Positions 36,992 to 47,760 are shown, numbered from the stretch's first letter. The stretch is DNA of 64,000 nucleotides from Candidatus Latescibacterota bacterium (GCA_965222075.1 OZ244937.1:2528001-2592000); one strand, 5' to 3'. Numbers and translations are program-made. The notes: generated by a model not told the origin, from the sequence alone.

Positions 36992-37699
36992 TTAAAATCC
37001 CCGATCATCAATATGCACCCACGACACCCGCGGCTGCCCATCGACCGACACCGAGGTCTCCGCCAGGGGAAGCACGAAATCGACCCCCACATCCCGGGCC
37101 TCGTTGAAGACCTCCTGCGCCCGCACGTTCGCGTCCGCACGGGCCTGGTCCACATCGATATCCACGGCATCCCCATAGATATGCCGGCTGTACGTCGCTC
37201 CCCCGACCGCCCGATTGTGTTCGGGGGAGCGGAACGCGCTGTTTAGCGTCAAAGGACGGCCCAGCCCGGACCGAATCTGCTGCACGTGGTCCGCAATCTG
37301 GGGGTCCACATAGGCCCGGGTCGCCCCCCTCTGACGCGCCGAAGCCACATACTCCCGGAGCCGAAAGTTGGCCGTAACCTGCTGGGAGAGCGACGCCCGG
37401 GGCAGATCGATAAAGTACGCCACACGGGCGTAGTGCCTTCCTCGGGCGCTGCCAAAGGGATTCCCATCAGGCGCAGGGTAGGTGGCCGTCAGCCCCCGGT
37501 CCCGAACCAGGATCAACCGCAGTCCGCTGCGAAAGACCACCCGCTCCGAATAGGGCGGGTCCGAAGATGTGGAAGCGCCCGGTTCTCCTGTGGTAACCTC
37601 CACAGAAACCGCCGTCTCCCGCCCGCACCCCACGGCCAGCCCCAGGGCCACCGCCAGCCACCCAATCCGAAATCCGCCATTCCCATGCATCATACACAT
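36992..37699 (-). CDS. M15A (D-Ala-D-Ala carboxypeptidase-like) lipoprotein
   Basis: Lipobox LAVGC; SAFRSPEHNRAVGGATYSRHIYGDAVD and WVHID. Confidence 0.85.
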   Translation of the reverse strand: MCMMHGNGGFRIGWLAVALGLAVGCGRETAVSVEVTTGEPGASTSSDPPYSERVVFRSGLRLILVRDRGLTATYPAPDGNPFGSARGRHYARVAYFIDLPRASLSQQVTANFRLREYVASARQRGATRAYVDPQIADHVQQIRSGLGRPLTLNSAFRSPEHNRAVGGATYSRHIYGDAVDIDVDQARADANVRAQEVFNEARDVGVDFVLPLAETSVSVDGQPRVSWVHIDDRGF

Positions 37700-37708
37700 C
37701 CTTGGAAC

Positions 37709-38560
37709 TCACCTCTGCTCTTGCACGCTCTCCAGGGCCCGCCTCGCCTTATACCGCACCCCCTCATCCGGATCCTCCAGCATCCGCTCTAAAAGCGCCG
37801 CCGTGTCTTTTCCCCCCAACCTCCCAAGCGCCGACACTGCGGCCCCCCTGACCCTCGGATTGGAATGGGAAAGCCGGGCCTTACAGGCCGCCGCTGCACG
37901 GTCATCTCCGGTCCGACCCAGCCCCACCAGCACCGCCGCTACCACCACATCCGACGTATCCTCCAGCGCCCCAACCAACGCCGGAACGGCCCGGACATCG
38001 CCCACCTCTCCCAGCGCATGCGCCGCAGCCATGCGCACCCAGGTGTTGGAATCGTTCAGACGAGCTGCCATCTCCACCACCCCCTCCCGGGCCTTCAGCT
38101 TTCCCAGCGCATCCAGGGCCTGAACGACCGTCTGCCAATCCCGGCTCTTTGACACAAGCCGGATGAGGGGCACCACGGCATCTTTGCCCTGCCGCAGGAG
38201 GATAACCTCAAAATCGAGCTTCTCCTCTCCCCCGGCCGCCTCCAGCAATCCGGCGGCCAAGCGGGCGGCCCGAACCCGGTCGTCTGCGGCCAGACTGTCT
38301 AACAGCGCACGCACCAGCGCCCGGTCTGAGGACCGGTACCGGGAGACCAAAAATGCCGCGCCATCCTCCTGCTGCAGGAGTTCTCCTCCCGCTGCCAGGC
38401 GCTCCTGTCTGGAGAGGGAGGCATCGGCGAACCGGCGCTTCAGGACCTCTCCCATCTTTCCGTCCGCCTCCACCCGACCCGGCGGCCGCTCGGGCCTCTC
38501 CTCACCCCCACACCCCGGCATCAAACAGAACACGACCATCCACAAAAACGCCCGCCTCAT
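37709..38560 (-). CDS. HEAT repeat lipoprotein
   Basis: MRRAFLWMVVFCLMPGC lipoprotein signal; HEAT repeats. Confidence 0.8.
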   Translation of the reverse strand: MRRAFLWMVVFCLMPGCGGEERPERPPGRVEADGKMGEVLKRRFADASLSRQERLAAGGELLQQEDGAAFLVSRYRSSDRALVRALLDSLAADDRVRAARLAAGLLEAAGGEEKLDFEVILLRQGKDAVVPLIRLVSKSRDWQTVVQALDALGKLKAREGVVEMAARLNDSNTWVRMAAAHALGEVGDVRAVPALVGALEDTSDVVVAAVLVGLGRTGDDRAAAACKARLSHSNPRVRGAAVSALGRLGGKDTAALLERMLEDPDEGVRYKARRALESVQEQR

Positions 38561-38806
38561 CGTCCCCCCAGGCGCTTCTGAATCAACCACCCCACCAGAA
38601 AAACCGCGCCCCCAAGGGCGGTAAACCACAGTTCCCGTCGAATGTCGCTCTCAAAAAGCCCAATAAAGAGCCCGTACCCCACTTCCAGAAGCCCTACAAG
38701 CTGTAAGGCCCGCGCCAGAACTCTCATCGTTTCCCCTCAAAAAACCCCCTTACGCGCAAGGCATTCTGCCTGTCCATTCCCTGGATGTTAACCGGCCTAT
38801 CGAAAA

Positions 38807-38835
38807 ATTATAAGACATAACTGCTCATTTGTCAA
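38807..38835 (-). promoter_or_regulatory. consensus sigma70 promoter
   Basis: Exact TTGACA-N17-TATAAT. Confidence 0.75.
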
Positions 38836-39031
38836 TGAGTTCCCGTGTCCCGGCGGGATTGTTCAGGAGGCAAGCGACCATGCCCGGAATCCACGATAGA
38901 CCGCCTCTTGGAGCCATTCGGCATCTGACACAAAAAACCGGCCGGTATCTTTTTCATACCGGCCGTTCTGTTTTTCACCTTCCCCGGGGAGGAGCGGCGG
39001 GGACCAACGCCAGGCCTCCAGCCTCTGCCTC

Positions 39032-39490
39032 TCAAAATCCCTTCTTCAACCTCACCCGCACCCCCCGTCCCAGCGGGTCTCCCGCCACATCTAAGGCCAC
39101 CCCTTTCACCTTCACCAGCCCTTCGTCCATCTTCGGGGGAGGCAGGTCCTCTTTATCGTCCGACAGCATCAGATGGATCGAATAGCCGAGGGTACCCAAC
39201 CCCAGTCCCAGCATCACCACACTCCGGGTATCTTTCCGCTTGCTCTCGTCGTACAGCTCCTGTGCCTGCTGCGCAACCCCGGCCGCCTTGTACCGGTCGT
39301 AAAGGTCTCCGGCATCCTTCCGAGCGTTGTAAGCCTCCTTTAAAAACAGGGTACCGGCTCCGATGCCCAGAACCCCATAGAGCTTTTTGGAAAAAAGAAT
39401 ATCACCCTTCTTTGCACAGGCAGGCGCCGTTGCCGAAAGGACCAGCGCTGCTGCAACCAGTATGGCAGAGACTCGAAAGCACCCCTTCAT
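39032..39490 (-). CDS. hypothetical exported/membrane protein
   Basis: Signal peptide, two hydrophobic segments, C-terminal Phe; GGAGG RBS. Confidence 0.6.
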   Translation of the reverse strand: MKGCFRVSAILVAAALVLSATAPACAKKGDILFSKKLYGVLGIGAGTLFLKEAYNARKDAGDLYDRYKAAGVAQQAQELYDESKRKDTRSVVMLGLGLGTLGYSIHLMLSDDKEDLPPPKMDEGLVKVKGVALDVAGDPLGRGVRVRLKKGF

Positions 39491-39573
39491 GGAATCCTCC
39501 GTATGATATGAAGATTGGGGTTGACGCCAATTTCCCTGTTCCCCGATCTCTGTCTCAAGTCCAACAGTCCAAC

Positions 39574-40950
39574 TCACTCCCCTTCCGGTCCCACAACCCG
39601 TCCGCCCATCGCCTGCTCCAGTCGGGCAAATTCAATCTGGTAGTTGTAGATAGACTGCACCAGATTGTTACGTTCCTGAAACAGGTCCCTCTGGGCCTGA
39701 AGCCGCTCCAAAAACGTCCCGGCGCCGAAATTGTAGCGTTCCTCCGCCAGCTTGAAGTTCTCCTCCTGGGCGCGCACCGAGGCCTTATTGGCTTCAAGGA
39801 GCCGGCGGAGCCGCCCCAGGCTCAGATAAGCCTGCTTGACCCGCAATGCCTGTTGCCGCTTGGTCTGGTCGAGCTGTTCCTGGCTCCGCAGGTACCTCAG
39901 CTGCTGCTGCTTGATGTTATTTTCAGTTCCCATGTTAAAGATAGGCAAACTGACATTCACACTGAAAGAGTAGCTGTAGTTCTTCAAAAACAGGTCTTCC
40001 AGCCCCCTGAAAGACTCACCTCTGCCCAGACTCCAGCCGTAACCGCCACTTACCCCCACCCTCGGATGGTACCGGCTGCGCTGGAGCCCCTTCAGACTCT
40101 CTCGGGACTGAAGCATTGTATATTTCGTCGACAAAAGGCCGGGATGTCCCTTCAGCGCCCGGTCCAGCGCCTCTTCGTAAGTCAGCGGCGGGACTTTAAC
40201 TTCAAACTCCTCTTCGGTGGGCACAATACGCACATCCGTTCCCAGACCCAGCGAGAAGCTTAAATTGGTGCGGGCGATCTCCACGGCGTTTTCCCGCTCA
40301 ATCAGCCCGGCCTGGAGACTCGCCAGGTTGGCCTGGGCGCTGTATACATTCGAAATAGGTGCCGAGCCGATCTCGTAAAGCGTCTCGTTCCGGCGCAGGT
40401 TCTCCTTGGCAACCCGGATCTGCTCCTGCTGGACCTCTAACAATTTGATCGCCTGGAGGAGGTTGAAATAGTCCTGCTTCACATTGAAGACCACCTGCTG
40501 ACGGTTGGCAGTCTGGCCCATCTTCACAGACTTCAACGCCTGTTTGCTCGCCGAGAGGTTTGCATTGAGCTGTGCATCGTAAACGGGAATGCTAAGACTG
40601 CCAAAACCTAAACCCTGTGATCCACCAACCCGGCTCTCTGTCAGGGTTGTAATCACCTGACCGGTGCCTTCCTCGATAAACGACCCTTCCCGGGGGCCGG
40701 TGATACTGCGGGACATGGACCAGCTGAAACTGGAACTCGGCAAAAAAGCGTTCCGGCTGTTGTCCACACCCGCTTCTGCAAGCGCCACATTGTACCGGTC
40801 CTGGACAACCAGGGTATTGTTCTTCAGACCAATGTCGATGCATTCGGAGAGGCTTAACCGCAACTCCTTTTCCTGGGCCAGGACAGCCCTGGACGGAAAA
40901 AGGGCCGCAATGACAAAGCAGAGCAACATGGACCGTAGATATCGTCCCAT
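39574..40950 (-). CDS. TolC family outer membrane protein
   Basis: Signal peptide, LSLSECI...VKQDYFNLL...EERYNFG two-fold OEP repeat. Confidence 0.9.
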   Translation of the reverse strand: MGRYLRSMLLCFVIAALFPSRAVLAQEKELRLSLSECIDIGLKNNTLVVQDRYNVALAEAGVDNSRNAFLPSSSFSWSMSRSITGPREGSFIEEGTGQVITTLTESRVGGSQGLGFGSLSIPVYDAQLNANLSASKQALKSVKMGQTANRQQVVFNVKQDYFNLLQAIKLLEVQQEQIRVAKENLRRNETLYEIGSAPISNVYSAQANLASLQAGLIERENAVEIARTNLSFSLGLGTDVRIVPTEEEFEVKVPPLTYEEALDRALKGHPGLLSTKYTMLQSRESLKGLQRSRYHPRVGVSGGYGWSLGRGESFRGLEDLFLKNYSYSFSVNVSLPIFNMGTENNIKQQQLRYLRSQEQLDQTKRQQALRVKQAYLSLGRLRRLLEANKASVRAQEENFKLAEERYNFGAGTFLERLQAQRDLFQERNNLVQSIYNYQIEFARLEQAMGGRVVGPEGE

Positions 40951-41166
40951 ACAATCGTTTCCTTGTTAAACAGGAGGGGTTAACTGTGTCAGGTCACCGT
41001 TAAATTAGACGTCAAAAACCCAAAAAAGTTACCGAACTCTTACCAACACAGGAGCAAAACCATAACAAAAAAAACAGAATCAGAGCAAAAAAGAAAGCGA
41101 AAAATGATAATTTTTTTAAAATTCGGCCCTTGAATCCTTGCCAGAACCAGGCCATCACCGCCTCGT

Positions 41167-44100
41167 TCACTCCCCCCGGTCCATCAGCGAATAGACCGTC
41201 GGAATGATCACCAGGGTCAACAACGTGGCGCTGATCAGTCCGGCCACCACGGTAATCGCCATCGGCGTGCGGATCTCAGCCCCTTCCCCCACCCCTAAGG
41301 CCATGGGCAGCAGCCCCAGCACGGTGGTTGAGGTTGTCATCAAAATCGGCCGCAGGCGCACCGACCCCGCCTGCACGATCGCCTCGAATTTGGCCATCCC
41401 CCCCCGGCGCAGATGGTTGATATAATCCACCAGCACAATCGCGTTGTTCACCACAATGCCCGCCAGCATAATCAGCCCCAGAAACACCACCACGCTCAGC
41501 GGGGTACCGATCAAGCTGAGCACCACAATCACCCCGACCAGCGCTAAGGGGAACGTAGAAATGATCACAAAGGGATGGATGAAGGACTCAAACTGGGATG
41601 CCATCACAATATAAACTAAGAAAAGCGCCAGTCCCAGGGCTTTCCATAAGCTATCCAGCGATGTCTGCATCTCCCGGTTCTGGCCGCCAATCACAAACCT
41701 CACGTCCTGCGGCACGTCGATCCGTTCCAGAGCCTGCTGGATCAGCCCGGTCACGGTGCCCAGATCGATCCCGCTCACATTGGCCGTAATCAACACCGCG
41801 CGCTGCTGGTCGATGCGTCGAATCTCGCTGGGCCCCTCCTGCACCTGAATGTCGGCTACCGTCGCCAGCCGGATGGGCACCTCCCCGTTCGGATTCACCA
41901 CCAGACGCCGCAGGTCCGCCACCCCCGCCCGATCCGCTTCGCTTACCCGCACCAGCACATCGATGCGTCGGTCCGCCTCCCGAAACTGGGTCACCACCTC
42001 TCCCTGTACTTTCTCCCGAACCAGTGTGGCCACCGTGCGGAGGTTCAAATTGTACTTGGCCAGCAGATCCCGCCGGTAGACGACCTGCACCTCGGGGCTG
42101 CCCCGCTGCAGGCTCGACTTCACATCGTAGAGGCCGGGGATGCCCGACAGCGCCCGCTCCGCCTCCCGCCCCAGCCGGCTCAGATCGCGCAGTTCGTACC
42201 CCCGGAACTCCACCTCGATAGGAGTCTTAAAGCTGAACAGCGAGGGCCTGGAAAAAACGATCTTCACCTGCGGCAGATCGCCCAGGCCCGCCCGCAGCCG
42301 GGCCAGCAGGCCCTCCTCCCGCTGCGCCAGCAGGTTCTCGCCCATAACACCGCCCCAGATCTCCGCAGGCAGATGGCCTGTGGTCTGCCAGATCCGCGCC
42401 AACACGCCCTCTTCAACTGCGCCCTCGGCTTCCCGCAGCGCAACCGTCACCTTGGCGGTATGCTCGCCCTGATCCGAGGAGACAATCGACATCCGGTCCG
42501 CACCCACAACCGTTGCAATCCCCCCCACGTCCGGTTCGTTCAAAATCCGGGATTCGATCCGACGGACCACCGCGTCGGTCCGCTCCAGGGGCGTGCCGAC
42601 CGGCAGGGCGACCTCAACGTTAAACTCCCCCTGGTGCACCTGTGGAATCAGCTCCTTGCCGATCCGGGGCAGGAGGACAAACCAGCAGATGCCAAACGAC
42701 ACCAGCGCCAGAAAGACCACGGCCCAGCGGTTGTGCAGCGCCCACCCGATCGCCGGAGGATAGGCCCGGCTGACTGCGCCGAATCCCCTCTCAAACAGGA
42801 AAAGCAGAGGCCTCAGGATTGGTACGACCAGCAGGGCCAGCAGGGTCAGGCAGGCCACGCCGGTCAGGAGGACCAGCATCAGGGCCAGAACCAGGACCTT
42901 GCCCACCAGCACAAGCAGCAGAAAAATCAGGTATCGAAGCAGAAAATAGAAGGGTTCCAGCGGGAAAAGCAGCGCCAGAAAGACCAGGGCCAGCAGGGCC
43001 GGCGCCCCCTTCAAGATCCGCTTTGCATCCCGCTCCTGAAGCGCCCACCGGACCGTCCGCCGCATGGCCCCCCACGCCCAGCGCACCCCCTGGGGCAGGT
43101 CACCACCCAGCGACGCAGGGGCCGTGAACACAAGCAGATCGTCCCAGATCAACCGCACAAAGGCAGATCCGAACAAATCCCGGTCTTCGGCCCACCTGCA
43201 CAGCCCCTGCCAGACCTGGCCGGGGCCTGCCTTCCGCCGGACCTTCTGAACCAGCGAGGCAATCGGAAAAACCAGCACAGCCCCCACGATCAACGCCGCG
43301 GCTTTAAGAGCCACAGCGACGGTGGAAAGGAGCACCCACAGCACCCGCAGAACGAACTCGCCCAGCATCCAGAGCAACACAAGCAGGCCCCAACCCAGCA
43401 GGAACACGATCCCCCTGTGCCCCCCCGCCTGTCCCGACGCGACCGCCTTCAGCGCGGCGACCGACCGAAATTGCAAAATCTCCGACCGGACCAGCCCCCT
43501 CAGGCCGCCGGATCCCCCCACTTCCGCTTCGGGCGCGCCCCTGCCCAGTTGAACCCGGCGGGACGCCAGCATGGGGATGAAAAAGAGGGCCACGCCCAGA
43601 GAGGCCAGCAGAGAGAAGACCACCGCCAGTGACATGCTGCCAAAGACCTGACCCGCCACCCCCTCCACAAAAACGATCGGAAAAAAGACCGCGACCGTGG
43701 TCAACGTGGAGGCAAACACCGCCCCACCCACCTCGCCGGTCCCCCGTATGGCGGCCGCAACGATATCGTCCCCCTCCTCCCGGCAGCGGAAGATGCTCTC
43801 TAACACCACGATCGAATTGTCCACCAGCATCCCGACCCCCAGCGCCAGGCCGCCCAGCGACATGATATTCAGCGAGACGTCAAAAATCTTCATGGGCGCG
43901 AAGGTGGCCACAATCGAAATTGGGATGGCCAGTCCCACAATTGCGGTATGACCCGGGTTGCGGAGAAAAATGTAGAGTATCAGAATGGCCAGAATGCCCC
44001 CGATGATGGCCGTGTGCTTGACCTCGTCCAACGAACGCTTGATGAACGTGGACTGGTCCGACAGCACCTCCACCTCCAGGCCCGTGGGCAGGGCGTAGGC

Positions 44101-45186
44101 AATAAAACTCGTCATCTCCTTCAGCTGCACAAACTGCCGCACCTGGGCCTTCCGGTCGTCCGATTTGGCCTTTTCGATCTCCCCTGCTTTCAGCTTGGCC
44201 ACATAGTCCAGCTGCTCCGGCTCCCCGAACAACCGGGCCCGCACCCGCTGCGCCGTGGCCACAATATTGGCGTCGGCCTCCTTGAAAATCTCGATCTCCA
44301 CGCTTTCGACGCCGTTGACGCGGGTGGTCATCTCCCGTTCCTTGTGCGTGCGCGCCACCAGCCCCACATCCTTGAGCCGGATCTCCACCCCGTTCTTCTG
44401 CCCCACCACTAAGTTCTTGATCTCCTCCATCGACTGGAACTCATTCAGCGTGCGCACCAGGTACTGAGTCTGCCCATCCAACAGGCTCCCTCCCGCTAAG
44501 TTCACGTTCTCCTCCTGCAGCCTCCGGTTGATGCCGGCAATCCCCAGGCCCATCAGCGCAAGCTGGCGCTCGCTGATCTCCACCCGGATCTCCTCTTCCA
44601 GCCCACCGTGCACCCGCGCCGCGGCCACCCCCTTCAGCGCCTCTAACTCCTGTTTGATCTCCTCCTCGGCGATCCGCCGGAGCGTAAAGAGGTTCGCATC
44701 TCCGTAGACCCCGATGCGCATAATCGGATCCTGCGTTGGATCATAACGCAAAATCAGAGGTTTGTTCACCCCCCGCGGCCGGCGCCACCGGTCTAAGTTC
44801 TCGCGCACCGTCTGCACGGCGTCGTTCATATTGGCGTCCCAGCCAAACTCCAGGATAACGTCTGAGAGGCCCGCCCTGGAGATGGAGGTGATGCTGACTA
44901 AGTTGTTCAGCACCCCCAGGGTTTGTTCGATGGGACGGGAGATCAGATTCTCCACCTCTTCCGGCGCCGTATCCGGGTAATCCGTACGAACCGTCAGCGT
45001 CGGATAGGAGATGTTGGGCATCAGCGTAAGGGAAAGCTTCTGGTAGGAGATATACCCAAAAACAGCCACGGCTAAGACCACCATAATGATGGCCACGGGC
45101 CGCCGCGTCGTAATCTCAAACGTCTGGGAAACCCGCGTCCTGGCCCGGAAGAGGGGGGAGGGCGTCTCTTTGGGGGAATCGTCCAT
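41167..45186 (-). CDS. RND efflux permease with large hydrophobic insertion
   Basis: RRPV, GMLVDNSIVVLE, GIVVNNAIVLVD, RLRPILMT; 1339 aa. Confidence 0.92.
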   Translation of the reverse strand: MDDSPKETPSPLFRARTRVSQTFEITTRRPVAIIMVVLAVAVFGYISYQKLSLTLMPNISYPTLTVRTDYPDTAPEEVENLISRPIEQTLGVLNNLVSITSISRAGLSDVILEFGWDANMNDAVQTVRENLDRWRRPRGVNKPLILRYDPTQDPIMRIGVYGDANLFTLRRIAEEEIKQELEALKGVAAARVHGGLEEEIRVEISERQLALMGLGIAGINRRLQEENVNLAGGSLLDGQTQYLVRTLNEFQSMEEIKNLVVGQKNGVEIRLKDVGLVARTHKEREMTTRVNGVESVEIEIFKEADANIVATAQRVRARLFGEPEQLDYVAKLKAGEIEKAKSDDRKAQVRQFVQLKEMTSFIAYALPTGLEVEVLSDQSTFIKRSLDEVKHTAIIGGILAILILYIFLRNPGHTAIVGLAIPISIVATFAPMKIFDVSLNIMSLGGLALGVGMLVDNSIVVLESIFRCREEGDDIVAAAIRGTGEVGGAVFASTLTTVAVFFPIVFVEGVAGQVFGSMSLAVVFSLLASLGVALFFIPMLASRRVQLGRGAPEAEVGGSGGLRGLVRSEILQFRSVAALKAVASGQAGGHRGIVFLLGWGLLVLLWMLGEFVLRVLWVLLSTVAVALKAAALIVGAVLVFPIASLVQKVRRKAGPGQVWQGLCRWAEDRDLFGSAFVRLIWDDLLVFTAPASLGGDLPQGVRWAWGAMRRTVRWALQERDAKRILKGAPALLALVFLALLFPLEPFYFLLRYLIFLLLVLVGKVLVLALMLVLLTGVACLTLLALLVVPILRPLLFLFERGFGAVSRAYPPAIGWALHNRWAVVFLALVSFGICWFVLLPRIGKELIPQVHQGEFNVEVALPVGTPLERTDAVVRRIESRILNEPDVGGIATVVGADRMSIVSSDQGEHTAKVTVALREAEGAVEEGVLARIWQTTGHLPAEIWGGVMGENLLAQREEGLLARLRAGLGDLPQVKIVFSRPSLFSFKTPIEVEFRGYELRDLSRLGREAERALSGIPGLYDVKSSLQRGSPEVQVVYRRDLLAKYNLNLRTVATLVREKVQGEVVTQFREADRRIDVLVRVSEADRAGVADLRRLVVNPNGEVPIRLATVADIQVQEGPSEIRRIDQQRAVLITANVSGIDLGTVTGLIQQALERIDVPQDVRFVIGGQNREMQTSLDSLWKALGLALFLVYIVMASQFESFIHPFVIISTFPLALVGVIVVLSLIGTPLSVVVFLGLIMLAGIVVNNAIVLVDYINHLRRGGMAKFEAIVQAGSVRLRPILMTTSTTVLGLLPMALGVGEGAEIRTPMAITVVAGLISATLLTLVIIPTVYSLMDRGE

Positions 45187-45274
45187 TTTCCTGGTTCACC
45201 TGGTCAATATTGAGTTTACTCCGAAAAGGCAGGTTTACTCATTCGAAAAAAAGTACTAATCCGCATTCCGAAAT

Positions 45275-46438
45275 CTATGACGCCTGGTCCTTCCCCTTCG
45301 TCGTATCCGGCCTGGCCGGGATCCGGAGGCCTTCTCCTTCGATAACCCGGACCTTTGCCTGGTCCTTCAACCCGTTTTGCCCCACCACCACGATCAGATC
45401 TCCCCGCTCGATGCCCGAAAGCACCTCTAAGTGCTTGCTGTCTTCAAATCCTACCTCAAGCTTGACCTTCCTGGCGGTGCTGTCCTCCACCACAAACACG
45501 TGGGGCAGCCCATCGTCGTAAACCACGGCGCGTTTGGGCACCAGAACCGCCTGCTCGTGGGTCGCCGTCACAATATGGGACTTCACGAACATACCGGGAC
45601 GCAGCTGACCGTCCGTGTTGTGGAGTTCGAGCGTCACCTTAAACGTCCCGCTGCCCGGGTCCACCACCGGACTGATGCGCATGACGCGCCCCCTCAACGT
45701 GGAATCGGGCAGAAAATCGGTCGTGATCATCGCGGGCCGCCCCACAGACAGATTTCGCATCTCCCGGCCCGGCACGTGCACCCGGGCAATCAGGCTCACC
45801 ATATTCACAAGCACATAGAGCTTGTTGCTCGGCCCAATCCGATCGCCCAATTTCACGATTCGCTCCGCAACCACTCCGTCCACGGGCGACCGTACCGATG
45901 CGTGGGCCAGCGCCAGTTTGGCCCGTTCCCATTGGATCCGGGCCTGCTCCAGACCGTATTTTTGTTGCTCGTACTCCTCATTGGAAAGCAGCTTTCGGCT
46001 GAACATCTCCTTCCTCCGACGGAACTGGCTCTCCAATTTCTGGTAGTTCACCCAGGCATCGGCCTCAGACAGCTTCAAATCGTCGTCCATCAGCTCCACC
46101 AAGACCTGCCCTGTCCTCACCTGGTCCCCCTCTTCTGCCAGCACACGCCGCACCAGACCCGTCGTCTGGGTGTAGACGTCCACCGCCTCCTCCGTCTCCA
46201 CCGTCGCGTCGTACAGCAAATAGGAGGAAATCTCCCCCGCCTCCACAGAGTCCACCTTCACCGGCACCCCCTCGGGCACCTTCTTTTTCTTTTGCGCGGC
46301 CTTTGTCGAATCGGCCTTCGCGCCTTCCTGCTTTTCCCCCTCGGCCCCCTCCCCTCCACAGCCGGTTAGCGCCATGGAAATCAGAAGCAGCACGGCGAGG
46401 GACTTCCACACCCGTACCCCTACCGCATACATAAACAT
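45275..46438 (-). CDS. RND periplasmic adaptor (MFP) lipoprotein
   Basis: Lipobox LTGC, lipoyl-like EGDQV, SPVDG, LRPGMF. Confidence 0.9.
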   Translation of the reverse strand: MFMYAVGVRVWKSLAVLLLISMALTGCGGEGAEGEKQEGAKADSTKAAQKKKKVPEGVPVKVDSVEAGEISSYLLYDATVETEEAVDVYTQTTGLVRRVLAEEGDQVRTGQVLVELMDDDLKLSEADAWVNYQKLESQFRRRKEMFSRKLLSNEEYEQQKYGLEQARIQWERAKLALAHASVRSPVDGVVAERIVKLGDRIGPSNKLYVLVNMVSLIARVHVPGREMRNLSVGRPAMITTDFLPDSTLRGRVMRISPVVDPGSGTFKVTLELHNTDGQLRPGMFVKSHIVTATHEQAVLVPKRAVVYDDGLPHVFVVEDSTARKVKLEVGFEDSKHLEVLSGIERGDLIVVVGQNGLKDQAKVRVIEGEGLRIPARPDTTKGKDQAS

Positions 46439-46782
46439 CCAAAACCCCTTCTCGAATTTCGGAATTCGGTTGAACTTCGACCTCTCTTTTTCGACTCTTA
46501 AAGGCGGCCGGATGTTTCACCAAAAGGCGCCGTCATCCTCAGGACCTCACGCCGTCCAGCAGCAGCCGGCCGATGAAATCCTCCCGGTAGCCCAGGGTGT
46601 AGAGCAAAAAAAAACAGGATAGATCGATCCTGCGCCAAATCGGTGTTCGGCCGGGAACAAGCGTAATCGCCTGCCCCACAGGCACATGGTGTGGTACTCC
46701 TCCCCAGGAGATCCCGGAGAAGCAACTCTGCGCGTCCGTCCATCCCCGTTCGGATGACGTCTCCGGGGCGCAGCAGGTCTCC

Positions 46783-47589
46783 CTATTCCAGACCTCCCTT
46801 CTCGATCGTTTCTATGACCCGCCTGGCCACCCTCCGATACGTCCGCCCCACCTCCGACTCGGGTTCGGCCGCCGTGATCGGTGTGCCCACATCTCCAGCC
46901 CGCCGCACCTGCAAATCTAAGGGGATCTCCCCCAGGAAGGGGATCCCGTAGAGATCCGCAGTCTGTCGCCCCCCGCCGTGCCCGAAGATATCCGTATGCG
47001 TCTTGCACTTTCCGCAGATGTACGTGCTCATGTTTTCAACAACCCCCAGCACCGGCACGTTGACCGTGTGAAACATCTGTACCCCCCGCCGCACATCCTC
47101 CAGCGCCACCGGCTGGGGGGTGGTCACAATCACCGCACCCTCTAAGGGCGCCGTCTGCGTCAGGGTCAGCTGCACATCCCCGGTCCCGGGAGGCAGGTCC
47201 ACCACCAGATAATCTAAAGGCGCCCACGCCACATCCTGCAGAAACTGCGTCACCATCTTGGCCAGCATCGGCCCTCGCCAGATCACCGGCACCCCCTCCT
47301 GGGCAATCAACCCCAGCGAGATCACCTTCACCCCGTGCCGCTCCGGGGGAACCATCTTTCCCTCGTCGCTCATCTCGGGTCGTTCTCTTACCCCCATCAT
47401 AATCGGCACATTGGGGCCGTAGATATCGCCGTCCATCAGCCCGACCTCTGCCCCCTCCTGCGCCAGAGCCACCGAGAGATTTACCGCCGTGGTCGATTTG
47501 CCCACTCCCCCCTTTCCACTGGCCACGGCCAGCATGTGCTTCACGCCTGGAATGGACGGACGCTCGGGCATGGTCGGATGTGCGTTCAC
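46783..47589 (-). CDS. mrp: Mrp/ApbC (NBP35) Fe-S carrier ATPase
   Basis: SGKGGVGKST, DIYGP, WRGPM, DLPPGTGD, ENMS CxxC; GTG start after GGAGAGGAG (alternative ATG 47571). Confidence 0.92.
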   Translation of the reverse strand: MNAHPTMPERPSIPGVKHMLAVASGKGGVGKSTTAVNLSVALAQEGAEVGLMDGDIYGPNVPIMMGVRERPEMSDEGKMVPPERHGVKVISLGLIAQEGVPVIWRGPMLAKMVTQFLQDVAWAPLDYLVVDLPPGTGDVQLTLTQTAPLEGAVIVTTPQPVALEDVRRGVQMFHTVNVPVLGVVENMSTYICGKCKTHTDIFGHGGGRQTADLYGIPFLGEIPLDLQVRRAGDVGTPITAAEPESEVGRTYRRVARRVIETIEKGGLE

Positions 47590-47760
47590 ACCGAATTCTC
47601 CTCTCCATACAACCGTTTCAGGGTGCCCCTCACCGTGCCCAAATATACGGGAGACCGCACGGACCGTCAACCCCTTCCGGGAGCTGCGACGAGGGTTGCC
47701 ACAAGAAAGGGCCGTCCTGCCGGATTCAGAACGGCCCTTTTCGATCGCCAGGCGCAACAC

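Noticed and set aside
46520-46780. Possible ncRNA in the mrp-MFP intergenic gap
   Set aside because: Only short hairpins and an A/T run; no recognisable family or convincing long-range structure by eye.
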